Assembly: GCA_020891255.1 (NCBI GenBank)
Contig: BQFW01000011.1
Coordinates: 1,116,001 to 1,180,000 of the forward strand
DNA from: Entomortierella parvispora E1425
Lineage: Eukaryota; Fungi; Mortierellomycota
DNA length: 64,000 nucleotides
Direction: 5' to 3'
The notes under the pieces are model-generated. The model was not told the origin of the DNA, searched no databases, and was given only the letters and a program-made list of their open reading frames with translations. A program made the position numbers and the translations under genes. Positions 1-13,200 of this stretch are shown here, one piece after another. Every line of letters starts with the position of its first letter. Position 1 is the stretch's first letter.

Positions 1-1288
1 CAATACCGTGAGTTTTTTTTCTCGTTTTTTTCTTTGATTCTTAGTTCTGATATTGTACCTGCGACAATGTAGATCTTGAGCAAAAGTAGACTTTGATGGT
101 GGTGGCTTTAAAAGTCTCATTTGAATGCAGTTTCCTCGCGGCTGCTATTGCATGTCGAATATCGAAAAATTCAAGAAAAATGACCCCATCGCTTCCCAGG
201 AAGGCGGTGAAAATGCCCTTGAGGTCGCCATAGCACTATTTCCAGTGCAATAATGTCGTGTGAGCACCCTTACGTTGCTTCATATCGACAAGAACTTGCA
301 TTTCACCTTATTTTACCTTGAATGCGTCTCGGGCTACCCAGATGGACATGTCCCTCGGAACACAAGAGACTTTTAAGAAGCGCGTAGGTGTACTGGATTC
401 ACAGGCCGAGACATCAAACATCCTCTTGTTTGGTGAGTCTGATAATGGCTGAAAAGTTGAATTGAGGCCGCTTGTCATCTTCTCAAAATCACTCGTGGGA
501 CTAGGCTGAATCGGATCGCCTCTCTCCAAAGCAAAGTTCTGTAAAGTGTTATCGACAGAATATGAGGGGAGGGATGGCAAAAGCGTAAAGGTTGTGTTGT
601 TGGCGGTCCTGTTTAGTTTGTAATGGGGATCCCAAGAGGAGTCCTCGTCGTGCAATAGAAGGGAGCGACTAAGCAAAGGGTTGTTTCCGAGAGCGACAAA
701 CTCTGATGAACGTCCATAGTTTCCTTCAAGTGCAGGGCTATGATACGTCAAAGAGGTCGTTGCCTCTCTGGTGATTTGGACGCCTTCCGGTGGGGTGATT
801 TTCTTTCCAGCAGTGCGGCCGTTCCATGGTGTGTAAAAGGAACCGGTAAGTCCAGGGGGTGGATTCACCGTTCGGGTGATTTCAGGATCAGCGGGCTGAG
901 TAATTTCCGAAGGCCCTAGTATGACGTGTGTGTCGTTCTGGTAGATTCGTCTCTCGGCCACGCTATGAGTGCGATTCAGACTCTCGTACTGATGCGGCCG
1001 TCCAAGGTCTTGCCAGTGTCGATGGTCATACTGTTATGGAAATGAATCAGATATGGTTAGGTAATCAGTCATCTTTGCGCCTCTTTTTTCGTCGCAAATA
1101 ATGATGTCAACTGCCCGGTGAGTCCTTACAGGTAGGTTGCTGGAACTGAAAGAAAGATGTCTGCGTGTGGCGACACGCTGGGAGTTGGTTGGAACAAGTG
1201 AGCTGTCGAGCTGAAACTCGCTGTCTGAGAGAGATCCAGTGGTAGGGTCCTCTGTGAAGCGGCGAGAGCGCGAACCAAATCCCTGCAT
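1..1288 (-). CDS. mei2: Mei2-like RRM RNA-binding protein, 5' part; gene continues beyond left edge
   Basis: Exons 1288-1130, 1030-317 and 235-59 are each whole codons with GT-AG boundaries. Spliced RRM reads TPTRFLKVSCVPRDMSIWVARDAFK|CYGDLKGIFTAFLGSDGVIFLEFFDIRHAIAAARKL, closely matching S. pombe Mei2 RRM1 as recalled (GDVKGIDTSSLSTDGICIVAFFDIRQAIQAAKSL). Exon 3 is not in the ORF track. Confidence 0.8.
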
Positions 1289-3374
1289 AGTGATGTTGAT
1301 CGCTGTGAAGTATTGGGAAGGGGGAGAAGTTCCTTTTGATGTTATGGTGTCTCAAAGGGCTGACAAGAGTTAGATGTGAGTGTGGTCTACAGCCGGAGCT
1401 GAGCAAATGATTTGTGCTGAATAAAGTGGGAAGACCCTGGTTGACTACTATTCATCGATAGAGTTGGAGGATATAATCGTGTTGGTTTTTCGTAAACACA
1501 ATTCTCAATTTATACAGATCTCCTTCAAAGGGAAAGGAATCCAAGTTACCAGCTGTGGACTCGGAAAGGCAAGGACGAGAAAGGATCCAAAATCAGATGC
1601 GACAGATTATCGAAAATCTGCATTAAGAATACGAGGCGATGTAGGGTTAGTAGGAAAGACTTGGATAGCTGCTATGTTAACATTAGGGCTATGTGCAGTC
1701 GAGGAGAGGGAGCATGAGTCTTTACAAATGCACCATCGTCAAAATGTGGCGACCGCAGCACTTTGAACAAATCAGGGAAGAACAAATTGAAGGCAGGGCC
1801 GTCAAATCAGCCCGTTATCAAAGTACCAAACATGTACTCGGACAAGTAAGGCAGGGGGGAAGGGAGCAGGTGCCCGTGAGAGCATGAACGGGTTGACAGA
1901 GAGTGGATGTCGCCCAAGGGTCGGAGACACAAAAAACAAGGGTCCGAGCCAAGACTTTCCCTTGAACTCTTTGTTGTTTTTATTTTCGACAACAATGACA
2001 ACGCACACCCGTTGTCGCTCCCTCCGATGTCCACACCTCTATCTCGTGATGATCCTTCTCTGCAAGGGTACTGCGTGCATGTTCCGTTTGCCTGTATGTG
2101 TGAATGACTCCCTTCTATCCAAAAGCGCTCCCTCCGTTATCTCTCGTCCCATGGCGCCCGTTCGGGACGATGGTACCTTGCGGGGTTCAGTAAGTGAGAG
2201 TTGCCCGAATTATGCATGCCTGTGATATGCATTCCCGAAGTTACGAGGCGCATTCAGGTGGCGTAGCAATTTCAGATTTGCTCTTTAGTTGTCAGGAGTG
2301 GCCTGTCGACAGTATCTCCCCCTGTTCGCTCAGTGAATGAAAACGAAGCAGTGATGAATATCTTGATGATCTGTGACAAGAAACGTCCATGCCTCAGAGA
2401 CTCTTTGGCTTTAGAACCCGATTCTCGAGCCAGCATTTTGACGTCTACGAGGAAGAGGGGGAAGAAGAAGAGGGAGGAGGAGGGGAGGGGGGGATGGCAA
2501 GAGAGATAACGAGGAGAGAAAAGAGGGGAAAGATGCAGAGACGTCTCTGTCGCCCTTAGGATGATGGGATCTTGGGTTGCCAGACAGACTTACCGGGAAG
2601 ATTGACTTTGGCAACGATTGCAAGTCGCACAAAAAGGAAACGCCAAGGGAAGGCGTGCGTCGTGTGAGATTCAAAGTCAAAAAGTGAAAGATCGAGTTTA
2701 TGTGGAGCAAGGATCTCGAAAGAAGCAACGGTTTGTCAAGAAAGATCAAAGGATTTTCAGTCGGAGTGCTCTGAGTGCGAATGCGATGTAAAGAAATCGA
2801 AGAGGCGAGGAGAATGGAGAAGGAGAGCGAGAGGGAGGAGAGAGAGAGGGAGAAGAGAGAGGGACAGGGAAGGCAGAGAAGGAAAGAAAGAAAATGAGCT
2901 TGTTTGTTCCGTTCACCATTCACCTGCCAGTTGAATCTTAATGTTTTGCGCTTGGACCACCATGTCCGTCCCTCCACAGCAGAAAGTTGTTATTTCATCT
3001 CCGTCTCGCACCGTCACAGTGCTGGCCCATTCACTGTCGTGTGCACCCTTCTGAGCTATTTCGTGTTTATTATATACAACTCGAGCGGGGCTGTATCTTG
3101 ATGCTGCTGTCTCCGAGAAGGAGAGGGAGTGCGTGAGAGAGGGCGAAGACCAAGGAAAGGGAGAAATGAAAAAGAAACTGTGTGTGGATGAAAGGAATAG
3201 AGAGACATAGGGAACGAGAAAGCGAGACGGGAGTCTGTGGGTGCACGTGTATGTTGTGAGGCTAGTGAACATAACAGGTAGAGTTGGGCCCATTCAGCAT
3301 GGTATCGAGTCGCGCGCATCCAAGTGGTGAGACTGACATGCGGCTCTTTCTCGATGCTGTCCCACGGTACTGCG

Positions 3375-3511
3375 TTAAACTAGTCCATCGTACAGACTCA
3401 ACGCTTGCACAATCGTAGGATCCTTCATCGAGCCCTCCTTGAACTCCTCGAAAGTCAGTCGACCGTCGCTGTCCTGAGAGTGGCAACAGATTCGATACAT
3501 CAGCAAACTTG

Positions 3512-3551
<40 letters not shown>

Positions 3552-4904
3552 ATGGAAGTATTATTACCTTGTCCATCAAAGCAAAGATCTTGGAGACACG
3601 CTTGTGTGGGGTATCCTCATCTGGAGGCAACTTGACCATAGTGCCCACCATCTTGTAGATAGCATCCACAATACTGAGCATCTCGTTGAAGGTGATGGTC
3701 TGATCATTATCGATATCATACAGTTGGAACGCCCCTGAGAAGTGAATCAAGGTATCAGAAAACAAACAGACAGGATTAGCTTTGTGTGACAATCATTCTG
3801 TGGTAGACTGAGGAGCTCCCCTCCGAAGTTTTCTGATGCTCTGCTGCCTCACCGAAAGAGGAAAAGATGTCCTCTCGTTCCCACTATGCTCGAATGTTGG
3901 GTTGATTTCCTTCTACCCATTCTTCCTGGCAACAACTTACATTGAAGCTTATCTTCCAAGTCTCCGCGGGAGGTCACCGAAAGGGCAACGATAAACTCCT
4001 TGAACTCGATCTTCCCATTTTTGTTCGAATCAAACACATTAAAGACATAGTCGGCGAATGTCGATGGGTCACCGAAGGGGAAGAACTGCTTGTAGATCTT
4101 TTGGAACTCGGTCTTGTCCAATTCGCCACTGGGGCAATCCTTAATAAAGCCTTTGTACCTATCGGGTATAGTTATAGGGAGTGAAGAAAAAAGAAAAAAG
4201 AAAAAAGAAAAAAGAAAAAAGAAAAAAAAAGTCAGTCAGTCAGTCGTCGACGACACAAACAGACACAAAACGATGATATAAGCGTTCGTGGCGAACGGCT
4301 GAGGGATTTGCTGGTTGTATCCAGATAGCGCTTGATTATGTGACGAATTGTTATCGCGTATCCCATTTTTGGCCCAGTTCAAAGACTGCAAGCATTGTCA
4401 TGATGAATTTTCCCGCAAGCTGGTGACGACAGTCTTTCACAGTAACGGTCCACCATAGGGCTGCAGTCAGAACTGAGGCGATAGTGTTGAACTAGTCACA
4501 TTCAGGTCATTCCAGAAAGGCCTCGCCCAAAATCTTCCCGTTTTTGCCATCCAGGAGTCCTCTTTGGGGACGTTGACGAGGACGAGTTCAACGAGTTGTA
4601 AGTCGATGATGGTCGTGGGAAAGATAGTGCGTAAAGTGCACAAGTGTCTTCTTGCTCTTCATGGAAATTCGTCTTCCACTCTGCTGAAATAGCTGTTTGT
4701 AGGTATTTACCATTGCTGAAGTTCCTTCTTATCGACTGCACAGGAATAAAAAAAGAGGTCAGGAATTAAACAGGTCCGTTAGTTTGGAACGAGCATGCTA
4801 CATGCAACCATACAATGGGAAGAAAAAACAATATGCTTACAGTTCGTGGTGCGTTGGAGTTCCTTGAGCTCCTCCGTGCTCAATTTGCTTTGAGATTTAC
4901 CCAT
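3375..4904 (-). CDS. FRQ1: Frequenin / neuronal calcium sensor-1 EF-hand protein, 190 aa
   Basis: Exons 4904-4841, 4735-4711 (25-nt micro-exon), 4158-3941, 3734-3568 and 3473-3375 give 190 aa. Starts MGKSQSKLS (myristoylation motif); [14 protein letters not shown]-hands, ends SLYDGLV. Confidence 0.95.
3516..3548. repeat. poly(A) run of about 33 nt inside last FRQ1 intron
   Basis: Directly visible mononucleotide run; similar runs at 18204-18229, 42895-42922 and about 59629-59655. Confidence 0.9.
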
Positions 4905-7783
4905 GGTGAAAGTTCTGGCTAAGCGGAATGGGTGAAGACGAGGGAAAGTAGGTGTCTGAAGATGAGGGTCAGGAGAATGGGAGAGTTAAGAAAGAGAGAA
5001 AAAAAAAAAAGAGAGAAAGAGAAAGAGAGAGAGAGAGGGAAAAGAAAACGAGGGAATGTGAGAACGTGAGGGGAAAGGGAGGGCGAAAGAAAGAAGCAAG
5101 GGAAAGAGAGGAATGGATGGATTCGATGGAAGAGGCGCACAACAGAAAGCAAAGCGGAGGGAATGAGAGTCGCGCTGGCCGTGTGCTCTCTTTCCAAGTC
5201 TTCTTGTCTCCCTTTCCCTGCCTTCCATGGCGAAAAAGACCAGACTGCCTGCCACAGCGCCTGTTGGGCATGTCTCTGCGCGACGATTCACGAAGTCACA
5301 TGACGATATATCACATGACCTTTTGTTTTTTTGGTGGTTTGGTGGCGGTACATTAGGTGGTGGGAAGGGGGGGAAAAAGGACTTCCAAAGTGTGTGCTGG
5401 CGAAAGAGCAGGAAGGGAAGAAAGACAAAAACCAAGTCATTTCGTAGATGATGTACTGTATTATGTATGAGAGAAAAAAAAAACTACCGCTGCAGTTCCA
5501 GACGGGCGCCAGACTGTCCACTCTGCAAAGGTAAGGACCTGCTGAAAGTCATAGGACTGAGAGCGACAGAAGTGCAACTCCGCGATGGTTAGTTTTCTCT
5601 TTGTGTAACTATTGAAGGGAGCCAGGAAGCGGGACCCAATTGAGGACAGCAAACGACATTTATCTGCTGAATTACACGTTCTCTCAAATGTCCAAAGCAA
5701 AATTCAGTGTCTTGGACAACATGCGGAAATATGTCCGTCTTCCTGAAATTCGATTTCCAGTCTCCAGTCTGCTGATAAGCGCTACCCTGAGGTTTAATAG
5801 TGTCGGACACGCAAAAAAAAAGTCTTCGGAACCGAGGCTGCCTGCATGAGCATGTGGGTCTGACAGCAGGATCGAAATATAATTTTCGCATCATAAATAG
5901 AGCGTATGATCGAACCAACTCTTGGGCCATGTTCCCTCTCTCGTGTTGTTCAACCAGCAGGCTCTGGACACATTCGAATTGACTTGAGAGCCGTCCGGTA
6001 TCAGTGATGCCAGTCGATGAAGGGAGCCATATGAGATCCGGACTGGCTGCTTGGCACATGTTTAATCGGGGATCCACTTTGTTGTTTGTCTACTCTATTT
6101 AGTCCACCTCTACTCCTCATGAACCGTGCGAGAAATCAATGCAGTACTTCAAGATATAAAATAAGCTGATCTTCAGCATGGAGGGGAAGCAAGGGCACAT
6201 GATGAATTACATCCAATACAGAAGGAAAGGAATAGTGGGGGTGCGATACTGGCATGCCCTCCACGCGCCCTGCAAACACAGAGGATCAGTGCACTTTTTA
6301 CAACCTTCTCCACGATTTTTTTTAATGAACGCAATCCTCACGTGCAACAACCAGTGTTCACAACCAAGGCTGTCCTTGAAGGAACTTAGCAATAAGGATG
6401 GACTATCTATTGTAGTGTTGTACGTCCTTTCTCGCCTGCCTTTCTGTTTGGAGCGTAGAGTAGTAAGTGAGACTACGTTTGGAGGGAATTGAGGGGAGAA
6501 AGAACAGAGTAGAAGAAGTGTGGGCGAAGAGAGAAGGGCAAGATCAAAGAGTGTGGAAGACAAGGCCTTTCTGTTTCGAACCTACTCAGGCTCACATTGA
6601 CATTTGACAAACAGAGTCTGAACCATGTCTGAAGAAATTGCTCTCTCTCTTCCTCTTTGATTTACTTCTCACAGGAATGACAAGACTACAAAGGACACGC
6701 GTTCGACATACCATGCTGGCAAGTTGCAGGGAAGAAGAGCGAAAGGACCCCGAAAGAATGGAACGCCTCTTTATTTTGTGAAGTCCGTTGCACAAGACAG
6801 ACCGTCCGCTTTAGATAACAAAGGCCGACCATCAAAACCAGTCCCCACATCATCACTTGACAACGGCTTTTCCGCACAAGTTCCCCGATCAAGGCCAAAT
6901 GAACAGCTAAAAAAAATGGGCGTCAAGATACAGGAGCAAGTGACTAAAGATATTGCGCGCGCAACGGAACTGACAACAAAGCAAGCATGCTCATGAGTGT
7001 TGAAAGGCCTTGCTCTGTAGCCAAAGAAGAAACAACACAGGTCAAGGAATGGGCGCGCTTTTTGTTGTTGTTTATTTATGAATCGAGTTGCATTTGTCTT
7101 TGTGTTTGCGCTGGACTGTGGGTGAGGAGAGTACATGGACATGTAGTCTATGTGGGGGTGGGCCAGGGGAAATGTTTTGTTGACTCTCAGACAGCCAGAC
7201 AGAGGTGGAAACGAGAGGGTGTTCTCGGTGAAAACTTGGCAGCTGATTAACAGCTGGTCGACGGACCCAGCGAGCAATTGACGGCGGCAGAAGACCGGCA
7301 GTAGTATGTAGAGTCCGATAAAGAAGGGCCGAGCATTCAGCCTTTTGTCCGAGCCTTGTCTTCCGCGTTGACAAGCAGGGCAAGGTGCACCAACGAGGCA
7401 AGGCACAAAAGACCAAAACCAAAGCACATGTTGCGCCCAGTCCACAGACAGTCCGCAAACTCAAAGCTGAACCAACGCCCATTCAGAGTTCGATTCAATG
7501 GCGGTCTTCTTTTTACTTTGTTGCAATCCAGAGTAATTCATTTTCACAATGAAGTTTGGAGTGTGTAACCAACCAGTCTTGCCGCTCCACGGCCATCCGT
7601 TTGACTGAAGTTGTCTTGTGCAAGTGGAGAGAGGTGAGAGCGCAGAGGGAGTTTCTCCTTCTTCTCCCCGTCGCCCAGATGTCAAGGAGCAGACTACAGG
7701 CCGAAGGCAAGACGAAGGACGAAGAAACAAAAGGAAAGAAACACTCCGCCCCCCGAGGTGGATGGACAGTCAAAAGAACAGCA

Positions 7784-7790
7784 TATAAAA
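7784..7790 (+). promoter_or_regulatory. TATA box candidate for acyl-CoA synthetase
   Basis: TATAAAA about 200 nt upstream of ATG 7991, followed by a CT-rich tract. Confidence 0.5.
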
Positions 7791-7990
7791 CCGCCTGTCT
7801 CCCCGCACGTCTCTTCCTCTTCTTTTCCTTTTTTTCTTCTCCATCGAACAGATCCCATCCAATCACACTCTCTCCTCGTCATCTCTCATCTTCCATCCTT
7901 CATCCTTCATCCACACCTTTTCTTTACTCAGTGCTGTAAAAAGGACTCCCCTCTCCCCCATTCTCATTTTTCTTACATAACTACATCATC

Positions 7991-10646
7991 ATGACAAAGT
8001 GCCTAACCGTCGAAGTCGGTCCTACTGATGTCCAGGGCGAGACCCGTATCCGCCGCTCCGTTCTCTCTGCCAAGCGTCTCATGTCCTCTCCCGAGGACGA
8101 TGTCAAGACTTTGTTCGATGTCTTCAACCACTCTGTCAAGGTTCGCCCAAAGCTCAACGCCATCGGCTACCGTAAGGTCGTGAAGGTCGTTGAAGAGGAG
8201 AAAGAAGTGACCAAGATCGTCGGAGGCGAGGAAGTCAAGGAGACGAAAACCTGGAAGTTTGTCAAGCTGTCCGGTTACCACTGGTTGACCTACGAGGCCG
8301 CCAAGCGCGTGGTTGACTCCATCGGTTGCGGCCTGCGCAAGTTTGGTGTTCAGCCAAAGGACAAGATGACCGTTTTTGGTTCCACCAGGTAAGGAAACAA
8401 TGAAGATTGTCACGTAACAAGCTCGACCACATGAACAATACGAAGCAATCCCAAATCAGCAAAAGTGGGATTTGGAAAGGAAAGAGAGAGAGAGAGTCGA
8501 CTTCTTTTCGAAGAAACGCTATCAGGAGTGGAGCGTTAAAAAAAGTGGAGTGGGGTGAGTGGAGTGCGAGCAAATCCGCTCCTGTGGGAGAATAGGGTCG
8601 GGACATGACAGGCTAGGCTGAGATGGACGGAGTCTCCGCTTGTGATTGCAGAGCGTGGAAGTGTTGCGTGGTCCTCGTCGGTCCGTCTGTCTGTTTGTCG
8701 TCGGCTCTCGAGAATGTGATTGTGGGAGGAAGGAGGTGACGAGATGGACCAAATTGGACGGCACGGAACCAGGGCCGAGGCGGGACTTGAATCATCCTCA
8801 TGCTGACCTTCCTACTCTGTAAAGTGCGATTGCACAGCATTGAAACAAGAAGATAACAACCTAACAGAACCGCTACCCAACTTTTTCTCATCCCCATAGT
8901 GCCAACTGGTTGTTGGTTGCCCATGGTGCCTTCACCCAGTCCATTACTATCGTCACTGCCTACGACACCTTGGGCGAGGATGGTCTCTTGCATTCGATGA
9001 ACGAAGCCGAGGTTGCCACCGCCTACACCAATGCCGACTTGCTCAACACTATCAAGAACGTCGCTGGAAAGTGCCCCACTCTTAAGAAGATCATCTACGA
9101 TGGTGAGGCCAAGCCCGCTGATGTCATTGCCCTCAAGGAGGCCCACCCTCACTTGGAGCTCATCACGCTGGAGGAATTGAAGCAGCTTGGTGAGGACAAC
9201 CCAGTTGAGCCAACCCCTCCCGCAGCCAAGGATTACTGCTGTATCATGTACACCTCTGGATCGACCGGCAACCCCAAGGGAGTTTTGCTCACTCACGGCA
9301 ACTTGGTCGCTGCCAGTACGTATTTTCTTGTTGATTTCCGCATTTCCGCATGAACCAGCTATCTCTCAATACGCAATTGGTCAACTGGGCTGTTCCTCAT
9401 CCTTTATTTTATTTCCTTTCTAGTTGGTGGTGTGAACAAGATGCTGACAAAGTATGTGCACGAAGGAGATGTCTTGCTCGCCTACTTGCCGTTGGCCCAC
9501 GTCCTCGAATTCCTGGTCGAGAACGTCTGCTTGTTCTGGGGAGTTACTCTTGGTTACGGAACCGTTCGTACTTTGACCGACTCATCTGTTCGAGAGTGCC
9601 AGGGAGATATCAAGGAGCTGCGCCCCACCCTTATGACAGGTGTACCTGCTGTGTGGGAGACCATTCGCAAGGGAGTGTTGGCTCAGGTCAGCCAGGGGTC
9701 GCCTCTTGTCCAAAAGATTTTCCACGCCGCTTTGAATGCCAAGGCATGGTGCCTGGACAACAACTTGAGCGCCTTGACCGGTGTTTTTGACGCTGTTGTC
9801 TTCAACAAGGTCAAGCAGCAAACTGGAGGTCGCCTTCGCTTCGCCCTTTCAGGCGGTGCCCCCATTTCTCAGGAAACTCAGCGTTTCTTGAGCACTGCCC
9901 TGTGCCCTATCCTTCAAGGTTACGGTATGACCGAGTCATGCGGTATGTGCGCCATCTTGACGCCTGATGTCTTCAACTATGGACGCGTAGGATCGCCCGT
10001 ACCCTGCACTGAGGTCAAGTTGGTGGATGTTCCTGATGCAGGATACTTCTCGACTGACTCCCCTCGCCCTCGTGGAGAGGTCTGCATTCGTGGACCTTCC
10101 ATCACTGCCGGATACTTCAAGAACCCCGAGGAAACCTCTGCTACGTTGACTGCCGATCGTTGGTTGAAGACTGGCGATATTGGTGAGTGGCACCCCGATG
10201 GCACAATCTCGATCATTGATCGCAAGAAGAATTTGGTCAAGTTGTCGCACGGAGAGTACATTGCCTTGGAGAAGCTCGAGTCAGTTTATAAGAGCACAGC
10301 CTACTGCAACAACATCTGCGTGTACGCAGACTCGATGCAGTCCAAGCCCGTGGCTTTGATTGTTGCAAGTGAGCCCCGTATTTTGGAGTTGGCTAAGGCC
10401 AAGGGTCTGGAGAGTCGCGACTTTGCTGCTCTCTGCAAGGATCGTGTTATCATCAAGGGCGTGCTGGATGCCTGTTTGGCCACTGCCAAGCGTGCTGGTC
10501 TCAAGCCCGCAGAGATGTTGCAGGGTGTTTACTTGGAATCCGAGGAGTGGACTGCTCAGGCTGGCCTGCTGACCGCTGCCCAGAAGTTGAAGCGCAAGGA
10601 GATCAACCAGGCCTATGTTGCCGAGATCAAGACCCTTTACTCTTAG
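7991..10646 (+). CDS. FAA1: Long-chain fatty acyl-CoA synthetase (FAA1/FAA4-like), 678 aa
   Basis: Exons 7991-8388, 8900-9315, 9424-10646. AMP-binding motif IMYTSGSTGNPKG, GYGMTES, and FACS signature WLKTGDIG...IIDRKKNLVKLSHGEYIALEKLE. Confidence 0.93.
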
Positions 10647-10957
10647 TGCAAAAGCCAGAGTGTCGTCAAGTATCATCTTTCCTCTCTTTCACTTTCAGCC
10701 AAAAATCCAAAAACACTTAGCTCCCTTTCACCTCTTCTACATAATTATCTATACCCTTCGAGAAGCATTTTTTTTTTTTCGCTTCATAAAAGATAAACAA
10801 TTAAAAGAAAAAAAAAGAAAAAATTGGTTCCGGGTAATATTAAACTTGTTTCTACATGAGGGTCTTCAGGGTGTATGTGTGTGTGTGTGAACGTGAAATG
10901 TGTGGATGCATGGGGGGTCCAAAATGCGGGTGGAGTTGAAGGAAAGGGTTTTGTTGT

Positions 10958-13200
10958 CTAAAACTTCTCAGTCACTTCAACGTCGATAGAGTCCAGCTCA
11001 ACCTCCTCACCGGCGACAAAAACACGTTTCACAAACAAATCATCATCCAAAAAGACCAGATCGGCATCAGCACCGGGCTTAATAACACCCTTGGTGTCCT
11101 GGATGCCCAACAGCACGGCAGGGTGCAACGTCACAGCCTCAAGGGCCTCGATCAATGTACAGGAAGTGAACTGGATAAAGTTGCGGATGCAGGCATCCAA
11201 AGTAATAACACTGCCTGCCAGCGTATCCGTGCCCTCGATGTAGACGCGGTCCTCCTCCTTGGTCACGTTCATGTTGCCCAGTTGGTAGTTGCCGGGGGAA
11301 AGGCCCATAGCCGACATAGCATCCGTAACCAAAATCACTCCCTCGGGGTGCGAGTCGTATGCAATCTTGACAGAGTTGGGGTGGACATGAATACCATCGC
11401 AAATCAATCCATAGTAAGGCCGAGGCAAGTCGAAACGGGAACCCAAAAGACCAATAACACCAGGATCGCGGTGATGGAACTGGGGCATAGCATTAAACAA
11501 GTGGGTGATAAACGTCGCGCCGTTCTGGACCGCCTGTTCTGCCTGCGAGATGTTGGCCATAGAGTGACCGACAGAGACTGTGATGCCAGCCTTGACAAGA
11601 TCAGGAATGCTCTCCATGATACCCTCGAGCTCTGGCGCGCAGGTGATGATCTTGACAGAATTGAGGTTTTCATGGCTGAGTTTGCTCTGGGCTTCGGGTG
11701 TCTCGCCTTCGAGTCCATACACGTCCTTGAAATCACTGTATCCGTTTTTGGCGGAAGCCTGGAGAACCTTGAGCTCATGGGCTCCAATACGTGCCTCGTT
11801 AATAAAAGGCCCCTCGACATGGGCGCCAAGCATAGTGGCGCCAGTGGCGGCAGATCCGGCCCTTGGTTTCAAGTGCGAGAGAACCTGATTCCAGCAAAAG
11901 AAGAAAGAGAAATGCGTAAGGTTTCTGGAGTGATCGTTTGCTTTTTCTATTTTGTAGGTCCTGTTTCATATCTTCCAGACAAGTCCGCAAAGAGGAGGGC
12001 TGCTTTGTGTCTGTCTGGGGGGGTTTTTTTTGGCACCCCTGCCGTTTGCTGCAAGATAATGCACATGGCGATGGCGATGGTGGGTGAGGGTGATTGTTAT
12101 TACAGCTATTATTGTTGTTGTTGTTGCTGTGATTCTCCTGGCATTGTTACTCTGTCCAGTCAGCGTGTCCTCTTTCAGCAATTGGCGAGTCCAGGCGATG
12201 CCCTTTCCTTCCAAGTCTTCTTACCTTGTGATACACAGCAGCGGAGGATGAGACGATGGTAGGGCAGTAAGAGGTGGTTCCATACTTGAGCAAGCCGCGG
12301 TTGACCTTGAGAAGATCCTTCTCGTAGGTGTCGTGGTCCGAGGGAACTGAGAAGTCGACACCAAAAGCACCTGTGAGAACGACAGTTTCAAATAAAAGAA
12401 AACAAGATTAGAACAAGATAACAGATCATGGTTTGACTTGTTTGGCTCTTGGTTTGGTTTTGAGGTTGGAGACTCGTTGTCCCACCTCCCTCTCTCTCTA
12501 TTCATGCTTCTCCACGTTCATCATCCCACACATCAAGTCAATGAGGCACGCCGTTACGCCCTCCCGATGTCTCCTTCTTAACCATAGAGCACACTTTGAC
12601 TACAATAACTGTTTGGGTTGCGATTGGTGCTGATGTGCCATGTGTTGTCATTGTTTGCAATCACAAACAAACAAAACGGGAAAGTCAACAAAGGCGAGAG
12701 GAAGGAGAAGCGGGATCGAGGTTCGTCGCTCTAACTCAAGTTCTTTCCCCACGAAGACGAGGATCATCTTCCCCAAAGAAAAAATCTCTCTTTTTCATTT
12801 TCTCTTCTCCCACCATTCTTTCTCTCTCCCTCCCTCCCTCCCACTCCTTCCCTCTTCTTCTCCTATAGTTGAAAGAAGTGCTCCTCTCTGTCGATTGGTC
12901 TGTCTGGACCCCCTTACCGTTAATCTGCGCCTCAATGAATCCTGGGACGACCAACAATCCACCGGCATCAAGGACAGTGTCAGGAAGGCGCTTCTGGTAC
13001 CAGAAGAACTTGTGGGGGTCGATGATCTTTCCTCCCTGAATCCAGAGGGCATCGTGCTCAACAATCTTGCGGTCCCGAAGGATTTTACAGTTTGTGATCT
13101 TGATCACCTTGGGTTCGTTATCCGAGATGGGTGTGGAAGGCTCGGGCGAGGCCGGGGCCGAGGTCAAGGCGTTGGTTTGGAGTGCAACGGGGTATTGCAT
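10958..13200 (-). CDS. DAC1: N-acetylglucosamine-6-phosphate deacetylase (NagA/Dac1), 451 aa
   Basis: Exons 13200-12918, 12370-12225, 11884-10958. Motifs PGFIEAQING|AFGVDF, GTTSYCPT, GAHVEGPF, VGHS, THLFNAM, VTDAM, LAGS. Confidence 0.93.

Noticed and set aside
2411-2977. Leu/Ser/Phe-rich ORFs here and at 4919-5435, 13118-13465, 17055-17472 and 26221-26859
   Set aside because: Translations of CT/GA-rich UTR or promoter tracts.
4300-4335. ATCTGGATACAACCAGC on the minus strand in FRQ1 intron 2, resembling the TPP riboswitch P5 hairpin
   Set aside because: No CUGAGA junction or GAACYUGAUC P4 segment upstream, and the host gene is unrelated to thiamine.
4400-4476. Box C (ATGATGA) and box D (CTGA) pair
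   Set aside because: Antisense to the host intron and no recognisable rRNA guide.
5461-6077. 162-aa and 79-aa minus-strand ORFs between FRQ1 and FAA1
   Set aside because: No recognisable motif or convincing splice model; could be a decayed gene but is unsupported.
6771-7445. 224-aa minus-strand ORF
   Set aside because: Non-ATG start, no motif, lies in the presumed FAA1 upstream region.
11123-12262. 379-aa plus-strand ORF, and similar long antisense ORFs at 8613-9296, 55365-55997 and 58270-58959
   Set aside because: Shadow ORFs antisense to codon-biased real genes.
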